Part shown: positions 45,355 through 54,284 of the stretch, piece by piece | Layout: each line of letters starts with the position of its first letter | Numbering within the stretch: position 1 is the stretch's first letter | Assembly: GCA_030145345.1 (NCBI GenBank) | Contig: JAQYVT010000004.1 | Location: 992-64,991, forward strand | DNA length: 64,000 bases | DNA from: Desulfobacterales bacterium | Lineage (GTDB): Bacteria > Desulfobacterota > Desulfobacteria > Desulfobacterales > UBA11574 | Direction: 5' to 3' | Translations under genes and position numbers: made by a program | Notes under the pieces: generated by a model | What the model saw: the letters and a program-made list of their open reading frames with translations, nothing else | Told to the model about the DNA's origin: nothing | Database searches by the model: none

Positions 45355-46020
45355 CTATATACCCAAATTGCGGCATTTGATAAATGTTGTCATAGACTTG
45401 CGGCTGAAATTGTCATTTTGCGCACCCAGAATCTGGGTCCCTTGCTGGTTATAATACAGGTTGTTATCCTTGGTAACTCTCAACGCCCTGCTGGTTCGGG
45501 CCACGATGGTTATCTCCACGGATCTGATATCCGTCAGCGTTGCCGTTGTATTTCCGTCCGCGTCCAGATAGGCAAAATCGAGGGCATCGATATTTTCAGC
45601 CACCACCTGATTCCCGCCGCCGGTATCCCTGACAAGATTATTTTCGGACAGGGCATAGGCGATGCCTTCATTGGGATCATTGGTCGCCCCATCCGGGTCA
45701 CTGCCGTCCGCATCACCCCGGACATCCTCTGTAAAACTGATAGAATTGGCGTTTGCCGTAAGAATTCCGGCCCCGGCATTACCGGTGGGATCGCACCCTG
45801 CCATCCGGATTTCCTTGGTCATGTAAAACATTGCGGTCCTGATATTCTGCTGCATGGCGGCAACTTCCTCCTGCATCAAATACGATTTATGCTGGGACTG
45901 AAACGTCGAATAGATTCCCCCAAGAACCAGCAAAAATATGGTCATGCTAACCATTAGCTCGATGAGGGTAAGGCCCTGATTTGAAACTTTTGGGTATCTC
46001 AGTGTCTGTTTTAGCGTCAT
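45355..46020 (-). CDS. pilW: Type IV minor pilin PilW-like
   Basis: Prepilin signature ...SNQG/LTLIELMVSMTIFLLVLGG. ATG 46020 overlaps the fimT stop (ATGA). Confidence 0.75.
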   Translation of the reverse strand: MTLKQTLRYPKVSNQGLTLIELMVSMTIFLLVLGGIYSTFQSQHKSYLMQEEVAAMQQNIRTAMFYMTKEIRMAGCDPTGNAGAGILTANANSISFTEDVRGDADGSDPDGATNDPNEGIAYALSENNLVRDTGGGNQVVAENIDALDFAYLDADGNTTATLTDIRSVEITIVARTSRALRVTKDNNLYYNQQGTQILGAQNDNFSRKSMTTFIKCRNLGI

Positions 46021-46484
46021 TCCCATGAACTCCCACCGACCCATTTCTGCAATTTAATCACCCCGGAGGTCAGCGGACCGACCCTGAAATATACCGTGTT
46101 ATTCGAATTTGACAGGTAGGCATACCCCGCATTGCTCGTCCCCCGGGAATTAAACGTTATCGTTGTGACGGCAAAGGTTTCATCGTCCGGACCGTTAAAA
46201 TTTACACCACTGCCGTAATCCTCCAGAACAACGGTTTTGCTTAAAGCACCGCTTAAAACATACTGGTCCGGATCGGTGCTATAGGTAACCGTGCAATTTA
46301 CATTGGACTTAACCGCCGTCATTTTTGCCAGCTGCATGTTGGAATAAAGATCCCTGGCCGCACTTTTCAAGCGATATTTTGGAATCCAGCTCATAAAATT
46401 GGGGACGCCTATCGCAACGAATATAGATAAAACAGCGAGCACCACCACAAGTTCGACCACGGTAAATCCCGATTTTTTTTTCAT
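46017..46484 (-). CDS. fimT: GspH/FimT-like minor pilin
   Basis: MKKKSG/FTVVELVVVLAVLSIFVAIGVPNF prepilin signature. The ORF extension up to 46547 would cover the promoter. Confidence 0.75.
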   Translation of the reverse strand: MKKKSGFTVVELVVVLAVLSIFVAIGVPNFMSWIPKYRLKSAARDLYSNMQLAKMTAVKSNVNCTVTYSTDPDQYVLSGALSKTVVLEDYGSGVNFNGPDDETFAVTTITFNSRGTSNAGYAYLSNSNNTVYFRVGPLTSGVIKLQKWVGGSSWE

Positions 46485-46518
46485 GACTCCCATCCTAATA
46501 AGCCCCCGATGTTTTTTA

Positions 46519-46534
46519 TACAAATTTCGTGCCA
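46519..46534 (-). promoter_or_regulatory. Candidate sigma-54 promoter of the minor-pilin operon
   Basis: The minus strand reads TGGCACGAAATTTGTA. The -24 element is perfect (TGGCACG), the spacing is correct, and the -12 element is TTGT instead of TTGC. It lies 34 nt upstream of the fimT ATG. Confidence 0.45.
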
Positions 46535-46693
46535 AGGGGGTTGCCATTATTAAGGGACTTTAAAAAATGAACTCGATCAAACTACATTATGATTATATCG
46601 ATTTGATATAATTAGCAATAACCGAGAGGAACTTTGAGGGCTTTAGAATTGATAACTTCGGATTTGAAGTGAAGCAATGCATTAAAGGCTATT

Positions 46694-46733
46694 AAATTGT
46701 TTTATAGTGCCATAAAATTGTTTTATAGTGCCA
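46694..46733. repeat. Tandem direct repeat (2 x 19 bp, 21-bp period), possible enhancer-binding-protein site
   Basis: AAATTGTTTTATAGTGCCA occurs at 46694-46712 and again at 46715-46733. This is 160-215 bp upstream of the candidate sigma-54 promoter. Confidence 0.5.
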
Positions 46734-46764
46734 AAATCCTGTACGCATCGGGTATGAAACGTTT

Positions 46765-46800
46765 AAAAACCGAATTGTCTGATTGCGACAATCCTTTTTT
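46765..46800 (-). terminator. Probable terminator downstream of purQ (potentially bidirectional)
   Basis: Minus-strand GGAUUGUC-GCAAUCA-GACAAUUC (8 bp including one G-U pair) followed by GGUUUUU. The plus-strand version is followed by TTTTTT. Confidence 0.5.
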
Positions 46801-46813
46801 AGGAGTGCAACAC

Positions 46814-46872
46814 TTGATGGTCTCGTAAAAACTCCCTTTTGCCCGCTCAGTGACCATTCGGGGTCGTTTCAA
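46814..46872. repeat. Half copy (left arm only) of the palindromic repeat family, copy E
   Basis: TTGATGGTCTCGTAAAAACTCCCTTTTGCCCGCTCAGTGACCATTCGGGGTCGTTTCAA parallels the left arm of copy D (23289 onward). Confidence 0.6.
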
Positions 46873-46896
46873 GATTCTTAATGCCGGTTATAGCTA

Positions 46897-47715
46897 CTAT
46901 TTGTTGCGGATATATTCGACCGCATTTTTAAAAATGCGTATGCCGACGGTGGGGCTGTCCTCCCCCTTGCCGCCCCCGCGCTTTAGGGTTTCCTTGATAC
47001 GGGTCCAGTCGGGGTGGTTGGTCGGGTGGTTAAAGGCTTCGGGATGGGGCATCAGGCCGAAAATCCGGCCGCTGGGATCACAGATTCCGGCAATATCATA
47101 AACGGATCCATTGGGATTGAAAGGAAATTTCAGATCTGCGGACCTGCCGTCGGGCATGGCATATCGGGCCACCACCTGCTTTTCATCGATCAAACGTCGT
47201 ATGGTGGATTCGTCCGCATAAAATTTTCCTTCACCGTGTCTTACCGGCAGTTCCAAGGTATCCAGACCCGCGGTAAATATGCAGGGAGATGTTGAAGCAA
47301 TCTTCAGGGTAACCCATTGGTCTCTGAAATTTCCACAGTCATTGAAGGTCATGGCAACGGATCGTTGGGTGTAGTCACGGTCAAATCCCGGTAAAAGACC
47401 CAGGTTGACAAGGGTCTGGAATCCATTGCAGATGCCGAGGACAAGATTCCCGGCATCGATAAATTCCATGATTTTTTCCCCCAGATTGGTTTTCATGCGG
47501 ACCGCCTGGACGACACCTGCACCGTGATCGTCTCCCCAACTGAACCCGCCGCCGAATACCATGATCTGAAAATCCTTCAAGCTGACGGTTCCGTCAATCA
47601 GCGCGTTGATATGAACGCGGCGAGCAGCGGCACCGGAAAGCTTCAAAGCATAAGCGGTCTCATAATCGCAGTTCAGACCGTACCCGGTGAGCACGAGGGC
47701 CTTTACATCAATCAT
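46897..47715 (-). CDS. purQ: Phosphoribosylformylglycinamidine synthase, glutaminase subunit
   Basis: 272 aa class I amidotransferase (GICNGFQ; HPE near the C-terminus), directly downstream of purL. Confidence 0.9.
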   Translation of the reverse strand: MIDVKALVLTGYGLNCDYETAYALKLSGAAARRVHINALIDGTVSLKDFQIMVFGGGFSWGDDHGAGVVQAVRMKTNLGEKIMEFIDAGNLVLGICNGFQTLVNLGLLPGFDRDYTQRSVAMTFNDCGNFRDQWVTLKIASTSPCIFTAGLDTLELPVRHGEGKFYADESTIRRLIDEKQVVARYAMPDGRSADLKFPFNPNGSVYDIAGICDPSGRIFGLMPHPEAFNHPTNHPDWTRIKETLKRGGGKGEDSPTVGIRIFKNAVEYIRNK

Positions 47716-50711
47716 ATCAATTCTCCGAACGGCTTTTTCCAGGCAGCCTTAAGATTCTGAACCGAAACTTTCATGATGCGCCGGTTGTCAATCCCCTGGA
47801 TTACAAATTCGGGGGTGTCGGTTACAACGCCGATGCAACTGCAGGCAAGCCCGTTGAAAGTTCTTTCAAAAACCGCCCGGTTCTTCGGGTCGATGGTTAC
47901 GATGAATCGGCCGGCGGATTCCGAGAACAGAATCAAATCATTCCGCTCGATCTGTTCTGCAGGGACACGCCCCATATCTACCGACATGCCGAGATTACCG
48001 CCCATGGCAACCATGGCAAGGTGTACCCCAAGGCCCCCGCGATAGATGCCGTGGGCCGAAGCGACGATCTCTTTGTCGATGGCATCGCCCAATGCCTTGT
48101 ATAAAACAACAAACTCGTCGGGAATCACTTTGGGAACATTCAGCCCTACATACCCGAGATGCGCATAGTATTCGGACCCGCCAAGTTCGTTACGCGTCGT
48201 ACCCAGGATATACACCAGATCCCCGGACACCTTGCTGTCCAGGGTCACACATTTGGTGATATCTCTGACCACCGATGTGGTGGAAAATTGAAGGGTCTCA
48301 AGGGCCGAAACCTTGTGGGTTTCGCCGTAACGCCCCGGAAGATGGCCGTCAACGTACATACTGTCTTTGCCTGAAAGGAGCGGTATCTCATACGCCATAC
48401 AGATTTCACGCAAAGCCCGGCAGGATCTCACAAGCTGGGCTGCCTTAAATTTGCCGTCTGGATTGTCCTGGGGATGATATTGAATATTGGGCCAGCAGAA
48501 ATTATCGACCCCGCCGATATGTTCCATGTCTGCACCGACGGCAACCACCCTGCGAACCGCTTCGTCAACGGTACAGTGCGTCATGTGATAGGCGTCTATG
48601 GCCGAATAGGCCGGCAGCAGGGCCTGTGCAAAAGCAAGTCCCTTTTGGGCGTCAAGAACCGGTCTAATAACCGCTGCATCACTGTTGACATCACGTTCCA
48701 AACCCACCAGAGGCTTAATGACGCTGGTGCCCTGCACTTCATGATCATACTGCCGCGTGATCCATTCCTTGGAACAGATATTGGGACGTGAAAGCAGGTC
48801 CTCGAGTAAAATTTCGTAATCATCGGGCTCCTTTAACACCGGCTCGAACAGTCCGCGTCTTTCCGGTGTCAGCCATTGGGCATCAAACGTCCATTGGGGG
48901 AAACCCGACGTCAATAAATCCATGTCCACATAGGCACAGGTCCGGCCGTCATAGGTGACATGAAGCTTGCCGGAATCCGTGTATTGTCCGATAACCGTGC
49001 TCTCCACTGCATGCATTTTTGACAGTTCCAAAAATCGATCGAGATCTTCAGGCCTCACCGCTACGGTCATCCTTTCCTGGGATTCGGAGACCCAGATCTC
49101 CCATTGATTCAGCCCCTCATATTTCAAGGGAATCTTTTCAAGCTGGATTTCGCATCCGTTGCTGAAGCGTGCCGATTCACCCACTGACGATGAAAGCCCC
49201 CCGCCGCCGTTGTCTGTAATAAACTGTATCAATCCCTCGTCCCGGGCCTCTAAAAGAAAGTCATGCATTTTTTTCTGGGTATACGGGTCTCCGATCTGAA
49301 CATGACCTGCCGGCGTGTGCTCGGAAAACGTCTCCGAAGAAGCGGTAACGCCATGAATACCATCCTTGCCGACCCGACCGCCACACATGATAACCAGGTC
49401 TTTGGATGCGGTTCTCTTTTTTTCCGCCGGGCGTCCTTTGACCAGAGCCGGCATAATCCCCACTGCGGTTACAAAAACCAGGCATTTCCCCAGGTATCCT
49501 GAGTCAAAAAGAACCTGGCCGAACGTGGTCGGAATTCCGCTCTTGTTACCGCCGTCACGCACGCCTTCGATGATGCCATCCAAAAGCCGTCTCGGATGGA
49601 GGTGCGGTTTAAGGCTCCCGCTGTAATCTCTTGGACCGACACAAAAACCGTAACCGCCCATCACCAGCTTCGATCCCAGGCCCGTCCCCAAAGGATCACG
49701 GTAAACCCCCACGATGCCGGTGATAGCCCCGCCGTAGGCTTCCATGTTGGATGGAGAATTATGGGTTTCTCCGGTAATGACGTAGTAATGTTCGTCGTCA
49801 AAACGCCCGACACCGGCATTATCCCACAACACCGATACCACCCAAGATTTTCTTTCTTTTAATGTCAGGGTCGGCATCTCGATACATGTTTTAAAAAGAT
49901 TGTCCACAATATCCGTTTCACCGGTGACAAGATCCTTGTAGCGAAACAATCCTCGGAATGTATTGTGGTTGCAGTGATCGCTTCTGGCCTGGGAGATATA
50001 TTCAAGTTCTATATCTGTTGGATCGGACAGCCCCTTTGCCGCCCTTTCGGCCTGGACTTTTTCGCTCAAAAAATAGGATCTTATGAAGGGGATATCGGCG
50101 GGGTTCAATGCCAGACCCCGCTGATCACTGACTTTCTTCAGGGTAGCGTCGCTATGGACTGGAATGGTGGTAACCGTCGGTGTATGATCGAGAATCACCT
50201 TTGGGATGATCATACCGATCCCCTCTGCAGGATCCCATTCATCGGCTGGAAAAATTTTCCACTGCTGGATAATGTCATTGGCCAGAAGTTCGCCGGCAAC
50301 CATATTGACCGCTTCGAAGGTCAGGCCTGAACCTTTCAGACAATACCGTTTTGAAGTATAGATGGCTTCATCGGGGCCGAATTTTATCCCCAGAATATCT
50401 TCCACCGCCTCAACGGCGGTACTCCCTGGATTATCTCTGACCCCCGGACGAAAGCCCACCCAGATGGTCCAGTCAAAATCGATCTGAAGGGAATCATAAG
50501 CGGAGATCTGGGTCACAGGGTTTGTAAAGATGTCGGTTTGAACGGTTTTCAGCTGTTCAGCTGAAAGGTCCGCATCAATGGTGATGACCTGAATGCTGCG
50601 GACATGGGCAAGCTCAATCCCAAAATAGTTTTTCGCCTTCTGGCGAATTCCATGGCCTTCGGCATCAAAAAGATCCGGTTTCAGTGCAATTTCGAGTCGG
50701 TATGGCATCAA
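47712..50711 (-). CDS. purL: Phosphoribosylformylglycinamidine synthase, PurL with N-terminal PurS-like domain
   Basis: 999 aa with FGAM synthase AIR-synthase-like repeats. The N-terminal 80 aa or so are PurS-like. Confidence 0.9.
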   Translation of the reverse strand: MMPYRLEIALKPDLFDAEGHGIRQKAKNYFGIELAHVRSIQVITIDADLSAEQLKTVQTDIFTNPVTQISAYDSLQIDFDWTIWVGFRPGVRDNPGSTAVEAVEDILGIKFGPDEAIYTSKRYCLKGSGLTFEAVNMVAGELLANDIIQQWKIFPADEWDPAEGIGMIIPKVILDHTPTVTTIPVHSDATLKKVSDQRGLALNPADIPFIRSYFLSEKVQAERAAKGLSDPTDIELEYISQARSDHCNHNTFRGLFRYKDLVTGETDIVDNLFKTCIEMPTLTLKERKSWVVSVLWDNAGVGRFDDEHYYVITGETHNSPSNMEAYGGAITGIVGVYRDPLGTGLGSKLVMGGYGFCVGPRDYSGSLKPHLHPRRLLDGIIEGVRDGGNKSGIPTTFGQVLFDSGYLGKCLVFVTAVGIMPALVKGRPAEKKRTASKDLVIMCGGRVGKDGIHGVTASSETFSEHTPAGHVQIGDPYTQKKMHDFLLEARDEGLIQFITDNGGGGLSSSVGESARFSNGCEIQLEKIPLKYEGLNQWEIWVSESQERMTVAVRPEDLDRFLELSKMHAVESTVIGQYTDSGKLHVTYDGRTCAYVDMDLLTSGFPQWTFDAQWLTPERRGLFEPVLKEPDDYEILLEDLLSRPNICSKEWITRQYDHEVQGTSVIKPLVGLERDVNSDAAVIRPVLDAQKGLAFAQALLPAYSAIDAYHMTHCTVDEAVRRVVAVGADMEHIGGVDNFCWPNIQYHPQDNPDGKFKAAQLVRSCRALREICMAYEIPLLSGKDSMYVDGHLPGRYGETHKVSALETLQFSTTSVVRDITKCVTLDSKVSGDLVYILGTTRNELGGSEYYAHLGYVGLNVPKVIPDEFVVLYKALGDAIDKEIVASAHGIYRGGLGVHLAMVAMGGNLGMSVDMGRVPAEQIERNDLILFSESAGRFIVTIDPKNRAVFERTFNGLACSCIGVVTDTPEFVIQGIDNRRIMKVSVQNLKAAWKKPFGELI

Positions 50712-51775
50712 CTTAAGAACACCCGTGCAATATCATTATAAAACACATATATCATCAGCAGAATCAGCACAAAAATTCCGGCTTGCTGGGCGATCTCACG
50801 TATCTTTATGCTCACCGGACGTCCGGTGACCGCCTCGACAAAAAAGAACAGCAGATGTCCGCCGTCCAAAACCGGTATGGGAAGAAAATTTAGAATCGCA
50901 AGATTTATGCTGATAAGCGCAATGAAAAAGATCAAATTGACCGCCCCTTCCCTGGCCTCCTGACCTGCCATCTGTGCGATCATTATTGGGCCGCCCAATG
51001 TTTTTGGCGAAACAGTACCCTGGAAAAGTTTTACGACACCCTTTACGGTCAAAGCTGTTATTTGATAGGTTTGTATGAAGCTCTGTGAAAAGGCCTGAAG
51101 AACGTTCAAATCCTTGGCAAAGAAATCACCGGAAGCGGTAACTCCGATGACATAGCGCTCGATATCCTCGTTGAATATATTTTTAAATATTTTCGGTTCC
51201 GGCGTAACGTCCACAACATGCATGGAATTACCGCGAATCACAGATATGGATAGGGTCTTTCCTTTGCTCGTGGTAATCATCTTGGCCATGTCTTCCCAGC
51301 TTGAAATCTTCACGCCATCGATGGATTCTACCAGATCACCCTTTTTCAGCCCCATCCTGTAAGCGGGGGCACCTTCATTGACCTCTCCGATGGAGGGTTT
51401 TAATATTAACATGCCCGATATTTGAAAAATACCGTAGAATATGATCAGCGCCAGAAGGATATTAAAAAAGGGCCCGGCGGCAACGATTAAAATCCGTTTA
51501 AAGACATGTTTGTGCGTAAAAGAGAGCGGAATATCAGCGGGGTCTAAGTCGGCATCCGGTTGCTCACCCACCATTTTGACATATCCGCCGAGGGGTATGG
51601 CGGAAATCCGATAATCGGTAATGCCGATCTTTTTACTGATCATTTTTGGACCAAAGCCGAGTGAAAATGTCTCCACTCCGACACCCAGCAACCTTGCCAC
51701 AAGGAAATGCCCCAGTTCATGAAAAAATATCAGTACGCCCAGTACGATGACCAATGCAAATATATTAACACTCAT
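50708..51775 (-). CDS. rseP: RIP site-2 metalloprotease RseP
   Basis: HELGHF zinc motif, a PDZ region and multiple TM segments. Conserved position after dxr. Confidence 0.85.
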   Translation of the reverse strand: MSVNIFALVIVLGVLIFFHELGHFLVARLLGVGVETFSLGFGPKMISKKIGITDYRISAIPLGGYVKMVGEQPDADLDPADIPLSFTHKHVFKRILIVAAGPFFNILLALIIFYGIFQISGMLILKPSIGEVNEGAPAYRMGLKKGDLVESIDGVKISSWEDMAKMITTSKGKTLSISVIRGNSMHVVDVTPEPKIFKNIFNEDIERYVIGVTASGDFFAKDLNVLQAFSQSFIQTYQITALTVKGVVKLFQGTVSPKTLGGPIMIAQMAGQEAREGAVNLIFFIALISINLAILNFLPIPVLDGGHLLFFFVEAVTGRPVSIKIREIAQQAGIFVLILLMIYVFYNDIARVFLS

Positions 51776-51937
51776 TTTGTTTCTCTGAATTCCGAATCCG
51801 GTTAAACCGGATAAGAAAATTTTTCCTTTTATATATCACGAGATATGGATAATTCTATAAATATAATATCACAAACACCCCAACATAGTAAAGAACCAGA
51901 CCTGGATAAATAATCAGGCTTTCCCATGGGGACGCCC

Positions 51938-53098
51938 TTATTCCAAATTCCGTATCAGGGCTTGGGCCTGTTCTCTGGCCCACCGGTCTGCTCGAAGAAT
52001 ATCCTGAAGCGTTGGATCTGCAATTACCGTATGCGGGTCCATGGTTCCCCGGATAATTTCCGGTATTTTCAAAAAGGAGATCCGCTTTCTTAAAAAGGCC
52101 TCCACAGCCGCTTCATTTGCGGCATTTAGTACCGCCGGGAGGGTCCCGTCTGTTTCACAGGCCTGATATGCCAAGGCAAGACAAGGGAACTTTTCCAAAT
52201 CAGGTTCTTCAAAAGTAAGTGCACCGATGCTCACAAAATCCGGTAGCGGCTGCTCAAGCGCAAGACGTTCCGGATAGGACAGGGCATATGCAATGGCGCC
52301 CTTCATATCGGGGATGCCAAGCTGTGCCATTACCGTTCCATCTTTAAAGGAAACCATGGAGTGGATAACGCTTTGGGGGTGAATCACCACCTCAATCATT
52401 TCATGTGAAATACCAAAGAGACGTTTTGCCTCTATAATCTCAAGCCCTTTGTTCATCAGCGTTGCTGAATCGACACTAATTTTTTTGCCCATACGCCAGG
52501 TTGGGTGATTCAGAGCAGCTTCGGGTTTAATGGACCCAAACTCATTTCTCGGCAAATTTAAAAACGGGCCGCCGGAGGCTGTAAGAAATATCTTATCCAA
52601 ATCCTCACGTCGATTCCCCGAAATGCATTGAAAAATCGCGCTGTGCTCGCTGTCGATGGGGAGTATCTTTGACCCATTTATTGTCGCCCTTTTTACAACG
52701 ATCTCACCGGCCATAACAAGGGCTTCCTTGTTCGCCAGGGCAATGTTTTTACCCGCTTCGATGGCTGCCAGGGTCGGGATCAGACCGGACGCCCCCACGA
52801 ATGAAACCACGACCATATCAACGGATTGGTAGGCTGCAGCAGCTTTGTACCCGTCTTCTCCGTACAATACTTCAACGCCAACTCCCGAGGGGAGGATGTT
52901 TTGCAGATCAACCGCGCTGGATTCATCATAAACAACGGCAATTTCAGGATGGAATCTTTCGATCTGCCTGGACAGTAAAGAAATGTTACGTTTGGCTGCA
53001 AGTGCCTTGACTGCAAACCGTTGTGGAAACATCTCTACGATCTTAAGGACATTACAGCCGATGGATCCTGTGGATCCCAATATGGAAAGATTTTTCAT
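51938..53098 (-). CDS. dxr: 1-deoxy-D-xylulose-5-phosphate reductoisomerase
   Basis: N-terminus MKNLSILGSTGSIG with full-length Dxr similarity. Confidence 0.9.
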   Translation of the reverse strand: MKNLSILGSTGSIGCNVLKIVEMFPQRFAVKALAAKRNISLLSRQIERFHPEIAVVYDESSAVDLQNILPSGVGVEVLYGEDGYKAAAAYQSVDMVVVSFVGASGLIPTLAAIEAGKNIALANKEALVMAGEIVVKRATINGSKILPIDSEHSAIFQCISGNRREDLDKIFLTASGGPFLNLPRNEFGSIKPEAALNHPTWRMGKKISVDSATLMNKGLEIIEAKRLFGISHEMIEVVIHPQSVIHSMVSFKDGTVMAQLGIPDMKGAIAYALSYPERLALEQPLPDFVSIGALTFEEPDLEKFPCLALAYQACETDGTLPAVLNAANEAAVEAFLRKRISFLKIPEIIRGTMDPHTVIADPTLQDILRADRWAREQAQALIRNLE

Positions 53099-53176
53099 AG
53101 CACTCGAATATGGTAGCCAAAGGGCTCTTGTCTTAAAAAACAAGCGAAAGACCGGCTAAAAAACGCCAATTACCGG

Positions 53177-54013
53177 TTACCCGGTTAGTACAAATTCCTT
53201 AAAAAAATACGCCACAGGTGCAGCGAACAACAAGGCATCAATCCGATCGAGGATACCGCCGTGACCCGGAAATAATGTCCCGGAATCCTTTATATGGGAC
53301 GCCCGCTTTAATTCAGATTCGAACAGATCTCCCACCTGGCCGGCCGCACCGATGGAAAAAAAACACAGGAGACTTAAACCCCATGATAACGACGGCATAA
53401 AAAAATATTTAAACAAAGCGCCCGCGACCAGGGTGGCAGCAAGACCGCCCACAGAGCCCTCGATGGTCTTATTCGGACTTACGGCAGGACACAGTTTGTG
53501 CCGCCCAAAATAAGTGCCGGCATAATAGGCGCCGGTATCACCGATAAATACGAGTATTAACAGAAAAAATATCCAGGAAATACCATCATTCCCGTTTCGG
53601 ATCAAAACCAGAAATGAAAGAAAAAACGGGATATAGATAACCCCAAGAACCTGTTTGAAAACCATTCCCAAAACAGACGAATCAAATTTAAATTTTGGGA
53701 AAGAGACCAGGGCGCAGCCGATAAAATTAAAACTAATACTGCAAAGAACCATTTCGAACGAATGAAAATATGCAGCCCAGATGACGGCCGAACCTGTGAA
53801 AAAAGCTAAACCCTGAAAGCTCAAAATGGAAATGCTTTGAGCCTTCAACTTTTCGCTTTCAGCGGTATTCAGACCCATCCGAAAATATTCCCAAAGTGCG
53901 ATAATGACCGCGGCATTGATAACAACGGCAAGCAGAAATGACCCCCCGATGCTTATTAATAAAATAAGAAACGGGATGATCACAATCGCTGTAATCCATC
54001 GTTTCAAATGCAT
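53177..54013 (-). CDS. cdsA: Phosphatidate cytidylyltransferase
   Basis: Multi-TM protein with the C-terminal CTP-transferase signature (SELKRASHIKDSG...PGHGGILDRID). Confidence 0.85.
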   Translation of the reverse strand: MHLKRWITAIVIIPFLILLISIGGSFLLAVVINAAVIIALWEYFRMGLNTAESEKLKAQSISILSFQGLAFFTGSAVIWAAYFHSFEMVLCSISFNFIGCALVSFPKFKFDSSVLGMVFKQVLGVIYIPFFLSFLVLIRNGNDGISWIFFLLILVFIGDTGAYYAGTYFGRHKLCPAVSPNKTIEGSVGGLAATLVAGALFKYFFMPSLSWGLSLLCFFSIGAAGQVGDLFESELKRASHIKDSGTLFPGHGGILDRIDALLFAAPVAYFFKEFVLTG

Positions 54014-54187
54014 AATGCCTCGCCTTGGAAATATTTCAACCTACTAATTTAATGTGGTTCCTTGAGACAAAGTCTTTTGGTATCGCACCTGGGATACCGA
54101 AATAGCGGAATGTCGATTGTTAGAAGAGTTTCGATGTATAAAATATTTTTACTTCCTTATCAAAATGGATAGTATCAACACCCCAGT

Positions 54188-54235
54188 ATTCCATCATTCC
54201 AGCATTCCATCATTCCAGCATTCCGACATTTCAAT
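54188..54235. repeat. Six tandem 8-bp units ATTCCNNC (minus strand: GNNGGAAT)
   Basis: ATTCCATC ATTCCAGC ATTCCATC ATTCCAGC ATTCCGAC ATTTCAAT, lying between uppS and cdsA. Confidence 0.85.
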
Positions 54236-54284
54236 TATGAACGAAACGAATTAAGTTCTGAACCCGAGGTTGAAAAATGCTGGA

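Noticed and set aside
46694-46733. The two TGGCAC hexamers in the tandem 19-bp repeats (minus strand TGGCACTATAAAACAA), considered as sigma-54 promoters themselves.
   Set aside because: There is no GC/TTGC -12 element at the required spacing, only AACAA. They are better interpreted as possible activator sites upstream of the TGGCACG-N4-TTGT promoter at 46519-46534.
54188-54235. Short tandem repeats at 54188-54235 and 46694-46733, considered as a CRISPR array.
   Set aside because: The units are 8 bp and 19 bp with no unique spacers of CRISPR size, there are only 2-6 units, and no cas genes are present.
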